Shown: piece by piece, positions 1 to 13,971 of the stretch
Position numbering within the stretch: the stretch's first letter is position 1
Layout: each line of letters begins with the position of its first letter
DNA from: Eledone cirrhosa
Taxonomy: Eukaryota
Direction of reading: 5' to 3'
Assembly: GCA_964016885.1 (NCBI GenBank)
Contig: OZ024747.1
Span: 64,976,001 to 65,040,000, forward strand
DNA: 64,000 bases
Notes under the pieces: model-generated
Seen by the model: the letters and a program-made list of their open reading frames with translations, nothing else
Database searches by the model: none
What the model was told of the DNA's origin: nothing
Made by a program: the position numbers and the translations under genes

Positions 1-15
1 TTATGAGAATGAAGG

Positions 16-40
<25 letters not shown>

Positions 41-52
<12 letters not shown>

Positions 53-679
53 TGAGGATGTCTGTCTGTGTGTGTCTGTGTCTGTGTGTCTGTGAGTTTG
101 AATTCCTAAAACTCAAGAAGCACCCAACCGATCTTTTTCAAACTTTACATGTGTATTACTTATGTTACAGGGAGTATTATGCACATAAAACAATTCAACC
201 TTTTGATCCCTAGGGCCCGCATTAGGTGAAAAACTGCGTTTTTTCAGCTTTTTAGGAGTTTTTTTAGACGCTACGTCAGGCCGATTTCCTTGAAATTGTA
301 ACTATGTATTAGTCCGTCTCTTCTTCATACCGTGAGCAAAGAAAATCCAACTTTTATATGGCCTAGGGCCTGCATTAGGTGAAAAACTTCATTTTTTTTC
401 AGCTTTTTAGGGCTTTTTTGAGGCGTTACATCTAGCCGTATTTCCCGAAATTTCAAGGCATATTATGTACATAAAAAAAAAAATTCATTTTCTTGATTCC
501 CTAGGGCCCGCATTAGGTGAAAACCTGCATTTTTCCTGCTTCATCGAGGAAAATCTTAAACATTATCCAGCCATCAGAGTATTCGGTTTATTTTCATTAC
601 AGGCATGAATTTTTTCCACGATTAGGTCTGTTGGCGGCCCGCGTTCCAAAATACCTTATCCCGTGCAACGCCGGGTACC
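41..679 (+). mobile_element. Non-autonomous Helitron-like element (3' CTAG not seen)
   Basis: Starts (TA)nAAAA followed by a GTCT/GT microsatellite and ACCGATCTTTTTCAAACTTT; three internal CCTAGGGCCYGCATTAGGTGAAAA subrepeats; ends CCGTGCAACGCCGGGTAC, matching the 3' hairpin of the Helitrons at 23.4 kb and 52.6 kb. Confidence 0.65.
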
Positions 680-881
680 ACAGAACACACTCATTGTTTG
701 GTTGGTTTTTGCTTCTGTATCTTTTATATCAGTTAATTTATTCGGTCCTCAATGTTTACCAACGGTCAAAATTACAGATAAAATATAGACACAAACATAT
801 ATATATATAGTCTAACAAACTTCTTTCGTTGCACATCTGCAACATCGTCAGTGGTGCTATTATGTTTCCTCCTGTTTTATG

Positions 882-937
<56 letters not shown>

Positions 938-979
938 TATATTTCGTATATATATATATTATATATATATATATATACA

Positions 980-1039
<60 letters not shown>

Positions 1040-1040
1040 C

Positions 1041-1078
<38 letters not shown>

Positions 1079-1387
1079 GTGTGTGTGCATATATATATAT
1101 ATATGCCAAGCCTAAAAACTTATAAAAGGGAAACTCCACCATCTCATATGCCATATCGTTAAGTGAGCATGCCTTCCACATTTTCTCCGTTTTTATGTGA
1201 TTTTCTTTAATGAATTATGTTTATTTGTATGCATTCCATTGAAAGGAATATTGATTAATGTATCATGGGCTCAACAGATGTTTCACTTATTACTTTATAG
1301 TGCAGTAGGATTGTACTCTTACCATGTGGTTGTGACATGAACTTTTTATATATACGACCACACAGGAACAACAACAACTACTACTAC

Positions 1388-1422
<35 letters not shown>

Positions 1423-1424
<2 letters not shown>

Positions 1425-1667
1425 CTGCCATGAAGTCAAAGTGATCCCGATTGTCATAGGCGCACTGGGGACTATCTCCAAAAGTTTCCAGGGATGGTTA
1501 AAGAAAATCGGCCCCTTCACGCTTTTTGGAACGCTTCAAAAGGCATGCTTGCTTGGAACAGCAAGAACCCTCCGATACGTCCTGAATATCTGAGGCTGCA
1601 GGTAGTGGCTTGATATTCAATCCAACGGACTTTCCAGTTAACCAACATCAATGACTGAGATTCAAGG
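1423..1667 (+). mobile_element. 5'-truncated R4/Dong-like LINE 3' fragment in a (TAA)n tract
   Basis: Homologous to the 3' end of the 13972-16154 element (encodes ..VIPIVIGALG..LQKACLLGTARTLRYVLNI*); (TAA)n-type repeats on both sides. Confidence 0.85.
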
Positions 1668-1864
1668 AATAACAACAATAATAATAATAATAATAATACT
1701 TCCACTACCACCATCACCACCACCACCACTAGTAACACTACTACTACCATCATCACCACCAGTAATACTACTATTATAATCACCACCATCACCACCACCA
1801 CTAATACTAATACTAATCCTAATACTACCACTGTTACTATTATTATTATTACTACTACTAGTAA

Positions 1865-2063
1865 GGCGGTGGGCTGGCACTATCGGTAGAGGGTTTGACG
1901 CCATGCTTTACAGCAAAGAGTTAAGGCCCTTTATGGTCTGAGTTCAAATCCCGCCGAGGTTAACTTCGTCTTTCATCCTTACGGGGTCGGTCGATAAAAT
2001 AAAGCACCAGTAATACACTGGAATTATTGCTGGCCTTGTGCCAAAAGTAGAAACAATTATTAT
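1865..2063 (+). mobile_element. tRNA-derived SINE, family A
   Basis: A box TGGCACTATCGG, B box GAGTTCAAATCC, central CTTTCATCCTTACGGGGTCG..TAAAATAAAG domain, GTAGAAACA(ATT)n tail. Confidence 0.85.
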
Positions 2064-2739
2064 TACTAGTAGTACTACTACTTCTACTACTACTACTACC
2101 ACCACCACCTTCACCACCACCACCACTACTAACACTACTACTACTAACACCACTACTACTGCTACTACTACTACTACCACCACTGCTACTACTATTATTA
2201 TTACTACTACTGCACCACCACTACTAGTTCCACTACTACTACTACTTACTATTCTACAAATAGCAATATTATCGCATGATAGTTATTAGCTTTTAAATCT
2301 GTAAAGGTTGTCCTCAGTTATAATAACACTGGTCAACAACCAAAATGCTTCTGAGACCAGAGTAGTCATTTCCAACTAATTCCAGGTCACTTATGAATAT
2401 CGTGGTTAAAACTGTTTGTTAGCTCGACTTTTCAACATAAATATACGTGTCACAGCAGACTCCAACAGGCTTGCAGCAGTGTGATTCTTACCACACTCAC
2501 AGCCCTACTGCCCTTCAGTATTATTCCAACAGTCATAGGAGGTGGTTGTGATGTGCAAGTGTATATATTGAGGTAGAAGGTAGATGATTTTCCTATCAAA
2601 CACTTTTAAAATTTATAATAAATATTCATTAAGCAAGCTATTTATATGCAAGTGAGGCATTTTATATTAATTTTATTTCCCTACTGAATGATATAATATT
2701 GATGAAGCACACTCCTCCATATCTCATAACACAAGGGGA

Positions 2740-3242
2740 ACTTGTCAGTGATCTACAACTATCTAATACAAAGGCTGCTAGGCTCTCGTCTTCAACAGTG
2801 GAATCTCCTAGCAACTGATATGAAGATTTCAGAATTTCGTGACCGTCAGCAGCAGTCCAACAATTTCCTCATAAAGGAAGGTGATTTATTGGCCTGCAAC
2901 AATATTAATTGTTTCTACTTTTGGCACAAGGCCAGCAATTATCCAGTACATTACTGGTACTTTATTTTATCGACCCCGTAAGGATGAACGGCAAAGTTAA
3001 CCTCGGCGGGATTTGAACTCAGAATGGCAAGGGTCTGCAACAATATTAATGGACAGATGGAAGCACTCGGTATTGAATACGAACCCAGTCACCTGAGGCT
3101 GTTCATAGATTCAGCAATAACTAGTCTGAAAGGTTTCTTGTTGCATAATGGTAATAGTGAACCATCAGTTCCTGCAGGCTACGCATTACATATAAAAGAA
3201 ACGTATGAGAATATAAAGCATATGTTGCAGAATATCGAACTG
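2740..3242 (+). pseudogene. Degenerate DNA transposase fragment (Chapaev-like), split by a SINE
   Basis: LLGSRLQQWNLL...ACNNIN / LRLFIDSAITSLKGFLLHNGNSEPSVP..H.KETYEN; reading frame rejoins when the SINE and one TSD copy are removed; family assignment from motif recall. Confidence 0.65.
2910..3034 (-). mobile_element. SINE family A, 5'-truncated, with 16-bp TSD
   Basis: TSD CTGCAACAATATTAAT at 2894-2909 and 3035-3050. Confidence 0.9.
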
Positions 3243-3365
3243 GTTCAGCGACCGAGTAGGGGGTAATGTAGAGTGTTTCGAGGATGGAGTGGGAGAAGAA
3301 ACCAAGTATTGATTAGCTCGGGATAAAGCGGGCTGAAGGACACGATATGGGTGACACACATACAT

Positions 3366-3440
<75 letters not shown>

Positions 3441-3445
<5 letters not shown>

Positions 3446-3760
3446 ATATGGGTGAGAAGAATACTGCTGGTTGCACATGGATAACATGTTATAAAATGAG
3501 TCCCTCATCAGTGATTTACCAAACGATCATGGGTATTTCATCGCATTAAAAATCATATACCTCACGTTGGAGCGATAATAACTAAAATAAGTTATTAGGA
3601 CAATAGAAACGCGTAAAGCGAGTGAGTCAAGTAAACAACACAGGAGGAAGCTAACCGAAGATGGAAATAAACACAAGCAACATAGTTATTCTTTCAGCAT
3701 AAGCTGTGTGAATATATGAGCGAGTCAGAAAACGGACCTTTCGCTAGTGAATCCGGTGTT
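3441..3760 (-). mobile_element. Unclassified (TA)n-flanked repeat, same family as 25011-25576
   Basis: Reverse complement aligns with about 25270-25576 (CACTGATGAGGGAC..CATGTTATCCATGTGCAACC..GCAGTATTCTTCTC). Confidence 0.7.
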
Positions 3761-4478
3761 ATATATATATACACAGATACCTGTATTTACATACATAATT
3801 TGTACAGAGAAGAAACTTGCACATGCATTGTGTACGTTTTATACATGCGTATATGGAGCTGTAATTGTGTATGTGTGAGCCCATTCCTCTCCAGTGCAGC
3901 AAATTTCTTCCAGAGAAAGATAGAAAATCAGAGAGAGGAAATAAGAAAGAGATATAGAGGAAGAATCGACGTCAGTGCTAGACTGGTACTTTTTTACCAG
4001 TCTAGTACTGGTACCTTTTTACAGAGATCCGGAACGAATACCATAAAGCATTCTATCCGACGTTCTAACGACTCTGCCAATTCGACGCCTTGTAATTGTG
4101 TATAGAATTGTTAATATTAAATGTACTTCTAAATTATACATCATGAAGTTACATAGAAAACCGACATGTTTTAAATATAAGCTGTACTGTTGCCAATCTA
4201 GTTTGTGAAAAGCTCTCACTGCTTCATAGATAAGTTCAAATAGTATAATGCTGTCGTCATTTCTCTTCGTTTAAAGCTGCCCAGAGCAGAGAGCAAAAAA
4301 AAAATAAGTATAAGTTAATATCTCGACAACAAAGCGGAAATTACGATTATGACAGTGGAACATGGTGGAGCGGAGCGTAAAAGAAATTGAGAGTGAAGAG
4401 CAGGAGATGAATAATATTAATACAATTGGTGAACCCTTGAAACATTTGAAGAAATTCCAACAATTTGAATTATCAATA

Positions 4479-4510
<32 letters not shown>

Positions 4511-5160
4511 CAAAGTAAGAGACATATATCATAAGAATAGAGGAGAAAGAACTATGATATAATATATTAGATGCATATAGCCGAAGAAAAGCTTGCTCGA
4601 TGCTTAGAGATGCAATTTTACATATTATAGTGGGGTTAATATTTAATGAGAGTTAAATGCAGAAGGTAAGCAGAGCGGGTGTAATCAAAAATATATATGG
4701 AGGAGAAAGCAAAACATTTAAAAACAAGATTTAATTCTTACACAGTATTTCGTCTTCAACTAAAATTTATAATACAGTCGGTAGACAGATATGTGTGTAT
4801 ATTTACTACAGTAGAGATGCACTAATAAGACACATCAGAGTAAAATTATTGTCTTTAAAGATGTTGTTGGAGGGAAAGTCAAATTCGTATGACAGCAAAC
4901 TAAGGCTACACATCCATGATACATTTATTCTTTCTGGAGGTGGTAATGGTGGTGGTGGTGGTGGTTGTTGTTGTTGTTGTTTTGGGTTTGTAGTGGTACC
5001 TTTGCCAGTTTATGGTGAAAACTAAACAAGATTTTTAGTTTGAAGAGTTTATAACGACATCATCATACATATTTACATGCACGCACAAACTCGAACACAT
5101 TCACACGGAGATATAAACGTGTGTATAGTATATACATATATGTATGGGTGTGTGTATATG

Positions 5161-5213
<53 letters not shown>

Positions 5214-5330
5214 TATGTATGTATATATATATGCATGTGTATATATATATATATATATATGCATGTGTATATATATATATATATATGCATGTGTATATAT
5301 ATATATGTATATATACTGTATATATATATA

Positions 5331-5526
5331 AGTGGAATTGTGGTAAGGAACCAGATGGACCATAACGCACCAAAGTACTCAAAACTTAGGGTAGTAGAGT
5401 GGGTAATAGGAACAAGTATGACCCCGACGGCAGAGCTCAAGCCGTTTCGACGGCTATTTCTGGACAAAAATCCCCAGAAATAGCCGTCGAAACGGCTTGA
5501 GCTCTGCCGTCGGGGTCATACTTGTT

Positions 5527-5529
<3 letters not shown>
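5331..5529. mobile_element. Fold-back PLE terminal-repeat derivative, family A
   Basis: About 57-bp inverted arms around a 10-nt loop (5464-5473), extra tail on the left arm, (TA)n on both sides; carries the hammerhead 3' half GAAACGGC..GCCGTC|GGGGT. Confidence 0.8.
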
Positions 5530-5561
<32 letters not shown>

Positions 5562-6092
5562 ATAATGTATATATATATAAATACGAAATACAAATAGTAA
5601 ATCCTAACCCGTCATATTACTTAACAGACTACTACAGATGTACCAACAGACCATACAATATTCAATTCCTGATTATATTTATTTAATATATATTACAAAT
5701 ATTAATGTCATATTTGTCATTCTTACTATTGTCAGTGTGTTAATTCGGCCATGTTGTTTTATAGTTGATAATATATTTCTTGTTTGTATAATTCTATTTT
5801 ATTTTCAGTAATATGTATTATTCTTTAATATGTTCTATTTATCGAATTCGATCCTATTCCTATAAATGAATAATTTCGTATTTGATTTTGAATTTTTATA
5901 AACTTTAAAATATATATCACAGAATCAACATACGAAAATAAATGTTTCCATATATGGACGTACTTTTTACTAGACAAACATTAGCAAGTCAAATATATTT
6001 ATGTGTATATGTGTGTATGTATGTATATATATATATATACGTACATACACGCATATTTTTTTTTTTAAATACACACACACTCACACACATAC

Positions 6093-6179
<87 letters not shown>

Positions 6180-6201
6180 ATGTATATATATATATATACA
6201 T

Positions 6202-6396
6202 AACGAAGAAATTGTGGTAAAGAACCAGATGGACAATAACGCACCAGAGTACTCAATACTTAGGGTAGTAGAGTGGGTAATAGGAAAAGATATGACCCCG
6301 ACGGCAGAGCTCAAGCCGTTTCGACGGCTATTTCTAGACTCTAGAAATAGCCGTCGAAACGGCTTGAGCTCTGCCGTCGGGGTCATATCTTTTCCT
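6202..6396. mobile_element. Fold-back PLE terminal-repeat derivative, family A
   Basis: Palindrome turning at TTTCTAGA-C-TCTAGAAA; left tail AACGAAGAAATTGTGG..; right arm ends TTCCT(AT)n. Confidence 0.8.
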
Positions 6397-6515
6397 ATAT
6401 ATATACATATATATATACGTACGTGGAGGCTCGTGGCCTAGTGGTAAAGGTGCTGAACTTACGATCATAATGTCGTGGAGAGAGAGAGAGAGAGAGATAT
6501 ATTATATGTATATAT

Positions 6516-6653
6516 AACGCACCAGAGTACTCAATACTTAGGGGAGTAGGGTCGGTAATAGGAAAAGATATGACCCCGACGGCAGAGCTCAAGCCGTTTC
6601 GACGGCTATTTCTAAACTCTAGAAATAGCCGTCGAAACGGCTTGAGCTCTTTT

Positions 6654-6656
<3 letters not shown>
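6516..6656. mobile_element. Fold-back PLE terminal-repeat derivative, family A (partial)
   Basis: Same sequence as 6202-6396 with a deletion in the right arm. Confidence 0.75.
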
Positions 6657-7268
<612 letters not shown>

Positions 7269-7269
7269 G

Positions 7270-7560
7270 TACGTGGAGGCACGTGACCTATTGGTTAGGG
7301 TGTTGGACTTACGATCATAATGTCGTGGGCTCGATTCCTGGGTTACGTGTTGTGTTCTTGAGCAAAACACTTCATTTTCACGTTGCTCCAGTATACTCAG
7401 CTGAAAATGCGTAGCAGCAAGTAGGTTTAACCCTGCAATGGACTGGCGTCCTGTCCAGGGGGGGGGGGGGGGTCTTGTGCTCTCAGTCGCTTCACGCCAT
7501 GAAACCGAGATAAGTACCGGCCAAATGAGCCTTCTGGCTTAAGACAGACTTTAGACTTTA
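7270..7560 (+). mobile_element. tRNA-derived SINE, family B
   Basis: tRNA-like head, GTGTTCTTGAGCAAAACACTTCATTT core, CCCTGCAATGGACTGGCGTCCTGTCCAGGGG segment, GACTTTA tail; homologous to 11930-12197 and, in its head and core, to 39652-39985. Confidence 0.75.
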
Positions 7561-7673
7561 GATATATACGTACACACACGTGTGTGTGTGTGTATGTGCG
7601 TGTGTATATATATATATATACTCTCACACACACACACACATATATATATACACGCATATATATATACATATAT

Positions 7674-7721
<48 letters not shown>

Positions 7722-9000
7722 GCATATATATATATACATATATCCATATATATATATACACACGCATATATATCCATATATATATATACATATACACACG
7801 TATGTGTGTGTGTGTGTTTGTCTAAAACCGAATAAAACACGTGATACTTAACGATTTTTATTATTATTATTATATACCTACCAATTTGATCGAAATTCCA
7901 CGTTTGTGCCTATGAAATGTTATTTTGTTGGCAGTGTGATTTGAGGGAACATAGCGTGTTTATATTATATCTAATTTTCTGAGACGTATTTTTCGTTTTA
8001 TGTTCCATGTTGTATTTTGTTTTTCTTCTAGTGTGTTGTAAAATATTTATAATATTGGGAAATAATTACAAACAATATATGATGTTTGAATTGAATTACT
8101 GAGTTCAATGTCTCTAATGTAATTTGTCTGCAGTAGCTATTTCTATTTTGAGATTGTATGTAAACATTTTACACATGGTAGGGAGTTTACATTTTGTCAA
8201 TGTTCTTCGTGTTTTGGGGGTTTTTTTAATGCAAATACAACAAATATTTATTGACACAGTTTTTACACAATAAAAACTATATTTTGCTATTTTTCACATC
8301 CCTATCTTGTATATTGGGGTTCTATCGAATTTCTGCCGATTATGTGTACAGTTTGAAGAGAAGATGGTTTTGCTGTAAGACATAGATGTTTCCCTGATTT
8401 AGTCCGTTTAGTATCCATACAATTGTCCCAAAATTAGTTCATTCTTGAGTATGTTTCGGTTTATTTCTTGTAGTTTCACTCATATTGTTGTACGCAGTAA
8501 ATGCTGTCATGTATTCAATACACAACTATTTTACTCGCTTGAATTCTAAATAGAATATTTATCTATTTGGTTTGTAGTTATTTTAAATAGTATATTTGCT
8601 ATGACAAGTATCAGCTGTTACTTGCTGGGATTTTAACGAACAATCTATATATTTGGTTGGTTATTATTCCTGTAAAATGTATATTTGGTAACTACTTGGT
8701 TTCATGTCTATCGTTGTTTGTTACATTCCTTTCTATCGCTCCATGTTATTATTATATATTATCTTATGCTAAAAAGACGATATAGAGTCGGAAAATATAA
8801 ATCTCAGATTGAGAGGCGGAAGAAGGATACAAGAAAAGTAAAACTTAATATTATTATTATTATTATTATCTCAAATTGTTAATGATGTCAACGTATTACG
8901 CATTTCAACTGACATATGTCAGCTAATCACTTCTACAACGCCATAGATAAAATATATCATCCTCATCATCATCATACACGCAAATATGTACACACATATG

Positions 9001-9038
<38 letters not shown>

Positions 9039-9145
9039 CATATGTATATACATATATATATATATATATATATACATATATATACATAAACTTGTATATG
9101 CATATACACACACACGTATATGTGTACTTTTATATAAATATATAA

Positions 9146-9231
<86 letters not shown>

Positions 9232-9234
<3 letters not shown>

Positions 9235-9578
9235 GAAGTTATATTTAATTTGTTAGGATACAACAAGCAAATATTTTTATAACTGATATAAAGCACTCAA
9301 CAAATTTTTGGAGTAAAAATACAATATATTAACAAATGGAAACTATATTTATAAAACCATATTTATTTCATTATACATATTTCAAGCGCACCAAAGCAAA
9401 TTATGGTGCGCTTTCATCAGATAAAATATAATAAAGATCAGTTTTATAAACAAATATTGACATACCCTTAAAGAATGCGATCATGTCGGTTGGAAGCTCC
9501 CGGATAGCTTTGGTGTCCTTGAAATATGTATAATGAAATGAATATGGTTTTATAAATATAGTTTCCATTTGTTAATAT

Positions 9579-9584
<6 letters not shown>
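9232..9584 (-). mobile_element. PLE terminal-repeat derivative with inverted short arm
   Basis: About 9319-9397 inverted at about 9507-9584; tail homologous to the 46050-46250 terminal repeat; (TA)n on both sides. Confidence 0.8.
9366..9426 (-). ncRNA. Type I minimal hammerhead ribozyme
   Basis: TTTTAT-CTGATGA-AAGCGCACCA/TGGTGCGCTT-GAAA-T-ATGT-A-TA|ATGAAA; 10-bp stem II. Confidence 0.85.
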
Positions 9585-9667
<83 letters not shown>

Positions 9668-10079
9668 GCTTGGGACTTGAACTAAAAGCCTGTTGAGAAA
9701 GTGACTTCCTTGTTCAATCATCTTACCAAAAGCTTAACATTATTTGTCTATGCGGACAGTACTTGATTTAGGAGTTGCAGAAACCCAAATGCTGGATATT
9801 TTACCAACCTTCCAGGGCTCCGGGTATAATTTTTGAATCATATTTTATTTATTTGAACCGAATTACTTGGTCGTTTCTATGGCTATGCGGATAATGGTTT
9901 AACCATCGTCTCAGTGTGTTTTGGCCTTTTAACTTATGTTGTAGCTCTAGTTCACTAGTTTCTATGGAGCGCTTGCCACACATCTCGGAAGTTGTTTTTC
10001 GCTAATTTCCAGTAGCCGAAATACGATTCTCGCTAATTTATATTTGTATATATATATATATATATGTATGTATACACAC

Positions 10080-10127
<48 letters not shown>

Positions 10128-10133
10128 GTGTGT

Positions 10134-10164
<31 letters not shown>

Positions 10165-10743
10165 CTTTCGTATATTACTTTAATACTTATATTTAATATG
10201 CATGCATGCAGGATACATATGTAGCTGTATATATGTATGTGTTTTACAATACCTGAAAAAATTATCTAAACATCATATTGTTTTATTTTATGAATATTTA
10301 GTTTTAGTTTTTTCGTTTGTGTATTTTTATTTTTATATTATATTTTATGTTTTTTGTGTGTTAATTACATCTTTTTTCTATGTTCTATTTTCAAGATAAT
10401 ATTTCATATGAGATAGATACAATAAATACACATTTCCATACATTCACACATGCTCATATACATACATGCTCATATACAAACACAGATGTACTGATGCCCA
10501 TATTCTTTATTTAAATATTTCAATTTACAATATGAAGAATATTTCATTTCTTCGTCCATTCTTTGCTAATTTTACATTTCTCAGTCACGTATCATGTATG
10601 TACCAACATTGTTTAAATGTAGTTGTATTGTATTTCAAGAAGCTAACGAGGAGTCATTATTCATCATTCAATGTATCTTGAAAAATATATATATATGTGT
10701 GTGTGTGTATATATATGTATATATATATATATATTTATTTATG

Positions 10744-10799
<56 letters not shown>

Positions 10800-10819
10800 T
10801 ATATATGTATATATATATA

Positions 10820-10876
<57 letters not shown>

Positions 10877-10931
10877 GTGTATATATATGTATATATATAT
10901 ATATATGTACCTATATATATATGTACCTATA

Positions 10932-10980
<49 letters not shown>

Positions 10981-11929
10981 GAGTAATTGTGCATGTGTGT
11001 GTATGTATATCTTTTGTTTATATGTTTGTGTGTATGTATGTGTGTGCGTATGTGTGTGTGTGGTTTTGTGTGTGAGTATATGTGTGTGTGTGCGTGCGTG
11101 TGTGTATGTGTGTGTGTATGTGTTTAATTTGTGTTATGATAGCGTTGTCCTAGATAACACAACAGCCGTTTGTTAAATTACAGATGGAATAGTGCAGACG
11201 AAAACTGAAAAATTAGGTCATACCAGAATTGCTAGATTTTATGTTATAGAGAGCACGTCAGTGCATACTGGTCTGAAAGATTGATGTCAACAGGAGAGAT
11301 AAGAGATCGATAGTCCAAAGGCCGGACATTTGTTGAGAATTGATTGGTTTGAGACGTTTACACGTTTTGACTATTTTGTTCGGCTAGGCATGTGAAAATG
11401 ATAAAATTCTCCTCGGGTTTATGGAATGTCATAGATTGGGGATGATTATTGGTTGTTTTAGACATGTTAGTATCGATGTACGTCCAATAGGCCGGTAAAT
11501 ACGGAATATCGTTATTAATAATTTAGCGTTAAATAATATATATTGCCACGAAAATAGCCATTTTAAAAAATCGCAGAAGATATTTACGATTCCACGAATA
11601 TGCAGTAGTTTCCACGAACAATTATTAGTTAGGTTCTAAGGAAAATTCCGTGGATAACCGAGACCGTGATTGCCGGGGCCGAAAATGTCCGAATGTCGGG
11701 GGTACACTGTATTTCCATATATAGGCAAATGAGAAAGGATTTTGAAGGGCAAGAAACAAGGTAAAAGACATATATTTTAACATTGATCTAAGTTGGAGTT
11801 TATAGCATGTCGGACGAACGTCTAGTGGTTTAAACCTCCTTTTAAAGTCTCAACTTGATAACTCAATCTCAGATATATGACAAGGAAATTATCCTCAAAC
11901 GCCACCTTACTCTCGTAAAAAGTCTATCT

Positions 11930-12197
11930 TAAGTCAGAAGGTGCGTTAGGCCGGTGCTTATCCCGGTTTCATGTCTTGAAGCAACTGAGAATAAAAGACC
12001 TCCTCCCCCTGGATAGGACACCAGTCCATCGCAGTGTTAAACTCCAGTTATTGCTGGTACTCATTTACAGCTGAGTATACTGGAGAAACGTGAAATGAAG
12101 TGTTTTGCTCAAGAATACAACACGCAACCCAGCCCAGGAATGGAACCCATGACATTATGACCATAAGTCCAGCACCCTTACGACTAGGCTACACGCC
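11930..12197 (-). mobile_element. tRNA-derived SINE, family B
   Basis: Reverse complement of the 7270-7560 family. Confidence 0.75.
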
Positions 12198-12209
12198 TAG
12201 TGGTAAGGG

Positions 12210-13300
12210 TGTCGTAAACTATGGGATGGCTTTGGATAATACAACTATTTCTGCAACCACTATTAGTTTTGTATTTTATCAATGCATGATGTCTTCCGGT
12301 GTTTTTTATGTTTTTTTAGCAACATCTTTTCTACTTCTGTTCTTGCTATAGCCTCTCAGGGTTCCAATGATACTGCGTTCTTTGAATTAAACAGCCTACA
12401 GCATTGTGATTCCTGAGCCACTTATATTTCCACTCAGAATTCTTGTTTTTTTTATTGTTGATGCTACTGCATTGGTTTCCATTTGAATTTTATCTGGTTC
12501 TTGATAAAACTGTCTTCAATTAAATCTTAAATGTTAGCTTGGTTTCAAGAATCGTTGTTACAAATAATTTCCTATTTAGTGAGGTTCTATTGTTTCTATA
12601 TTTAGCAAGAATATCTTGTTTCGTTATTTAGCGAAATTGTTTTATTTCATGTGATAGTTTCTTTTGTCATATTTTTGTAGTCTTTGTCTTTTTCCCTCTT
12701 TAACTGCAGTTTTGTCCTCTCAATATTCATTACATTAGGGATAGAGGAGGCCTTTTCTCTGTATATTTGTTTTCCATGTTGTATGCCTCGGCTTTGATAT
12801 TTCTATCTGCGGAGGTAGATCTAAGGGAGTCTCCAATTTCTTTTGAAATTACAATGGCTGCTGTATTTATTACTTTGTTTAACCTCGTAATATTGAAGTT
12901 TGTGTCTTTTTGCAGTATGCGAGGGATAGATTTGTGTTTATTTATTTTTGTTTTCTATTTCATGTTTGAGTTTTATCCATGGCAGTTACATTCTTCCGTC
13001 CATGGGAGGAAAGTTTTCTTTCGTTTTTAATTCTTTAATTATTTCTACCTTTAGAATGTCAAGTTCCAGGTTTTAACCTCGGATTCCTATTCATTAATAT
13101 CTATATCTGTATTTTTCTTGTCTGGGTTTTGTTGTTCAATATTCAGTAAGCGTTCCAAGGTTTTCTTTTTTGTGAAATATTGACTTATTTTTAATCATGT
13201 TAGTTCCATTTTCAGAATTTATGTTTTCTATGTTTTTTTAATATTTATTTTGTATTTTTTGTTTGTATCCTCGTTATTTATTCTTTCTGCTCGGTGTTTC
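12210..13300 (-). pseudogene. Possible highly decayed LINE remnant
   Basis: A-rich minus strand with fragments such as MLLKKHKKHRKTSCIDK that resemble the post-RT region of RLE LINEs; many stops. Confidence 0.25.
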
Positions 13301-13321
13301 TATTTCAATTTCTGATATATT

Positions 13322-13447
13322 AAGTTCAAATCCCGCCGAGGATGACTTTGCCTTTCATCCTTACGGGGTCGATAAAATAAAGTACCAGTAATGCACTGGG
13401 TAATTGCTGGCCTTGTGCCTAAAGTAGAAACAATTATTATTATTATT
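13322..13447 (+). mobile_element. SINE family A, 5'-truncated
   Basis: B box to (ATT)n tail. Confidence 0.85.
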
Positions 13448-13748
13448 AATAGGCCTACTCTGAGTGATGTGCCTGTAAATTGAAGGTGGAAAACTGGGAT
13501 AGGGCATTTGCCCTGGTGGTCAGGGTCGCCTTGGCTTTTTTTAATGGGCTTTCTCCACGATGGCCCTCGGAAGTCTCTCACCCACCCCCCACCCACCCAT
13601 TGGGGAATTTTTCATTGTTCTATTTTTGTTACATCCTCTGTTTTTTGTTTTTTTTTGCACGCAGAAATGCCCATTTGTACCGTCCTGTATTGTCCTGTAC
13701 TGTCCTTAATGTCTACTTTATGTAAACTCATGTGGTTAATAAAGAAAG

Positions 13749-13787
<39 letters not shown>
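13448..13787 (+). mobile_element. Tx1/L1-type LINE 3' end fragment with (ATT)n tail
   Basis: Homologous to 36078-36365 (stop codon region, 3' UTR, AATAAA, (ATT)n). Confidence 0.85.
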
Positions 13788-13788
<1 letters not shown>

Positions 13789-13971
13789 GAGGTAGAGGGC
13801 CGGACGCCATGCTTTGCAGCATAGTTACATCCCTTTACGATCTGAGTTCAAATCCCGCCGAGGTTGACTTTGCCTTTCATCCTTACGGGGTCGATAAAAT
13901 AAGTACCAGTAATGAACTGGGTATTTGCTGGCCTTGTGCCTAAAGTAGAAACAATTATTATTATTATTATT
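13789..13971 (+). mobile_element. SINE family A
   Basis: Family A head, core and (ATT)n tail. Confidence 0.85.

Noticed and set aside
11675-11711. Tc1/pogo-like terminus ending ..GGGTACACTG-TA
   Set aside because: No matching second TIR found, so element limits cannot be supported
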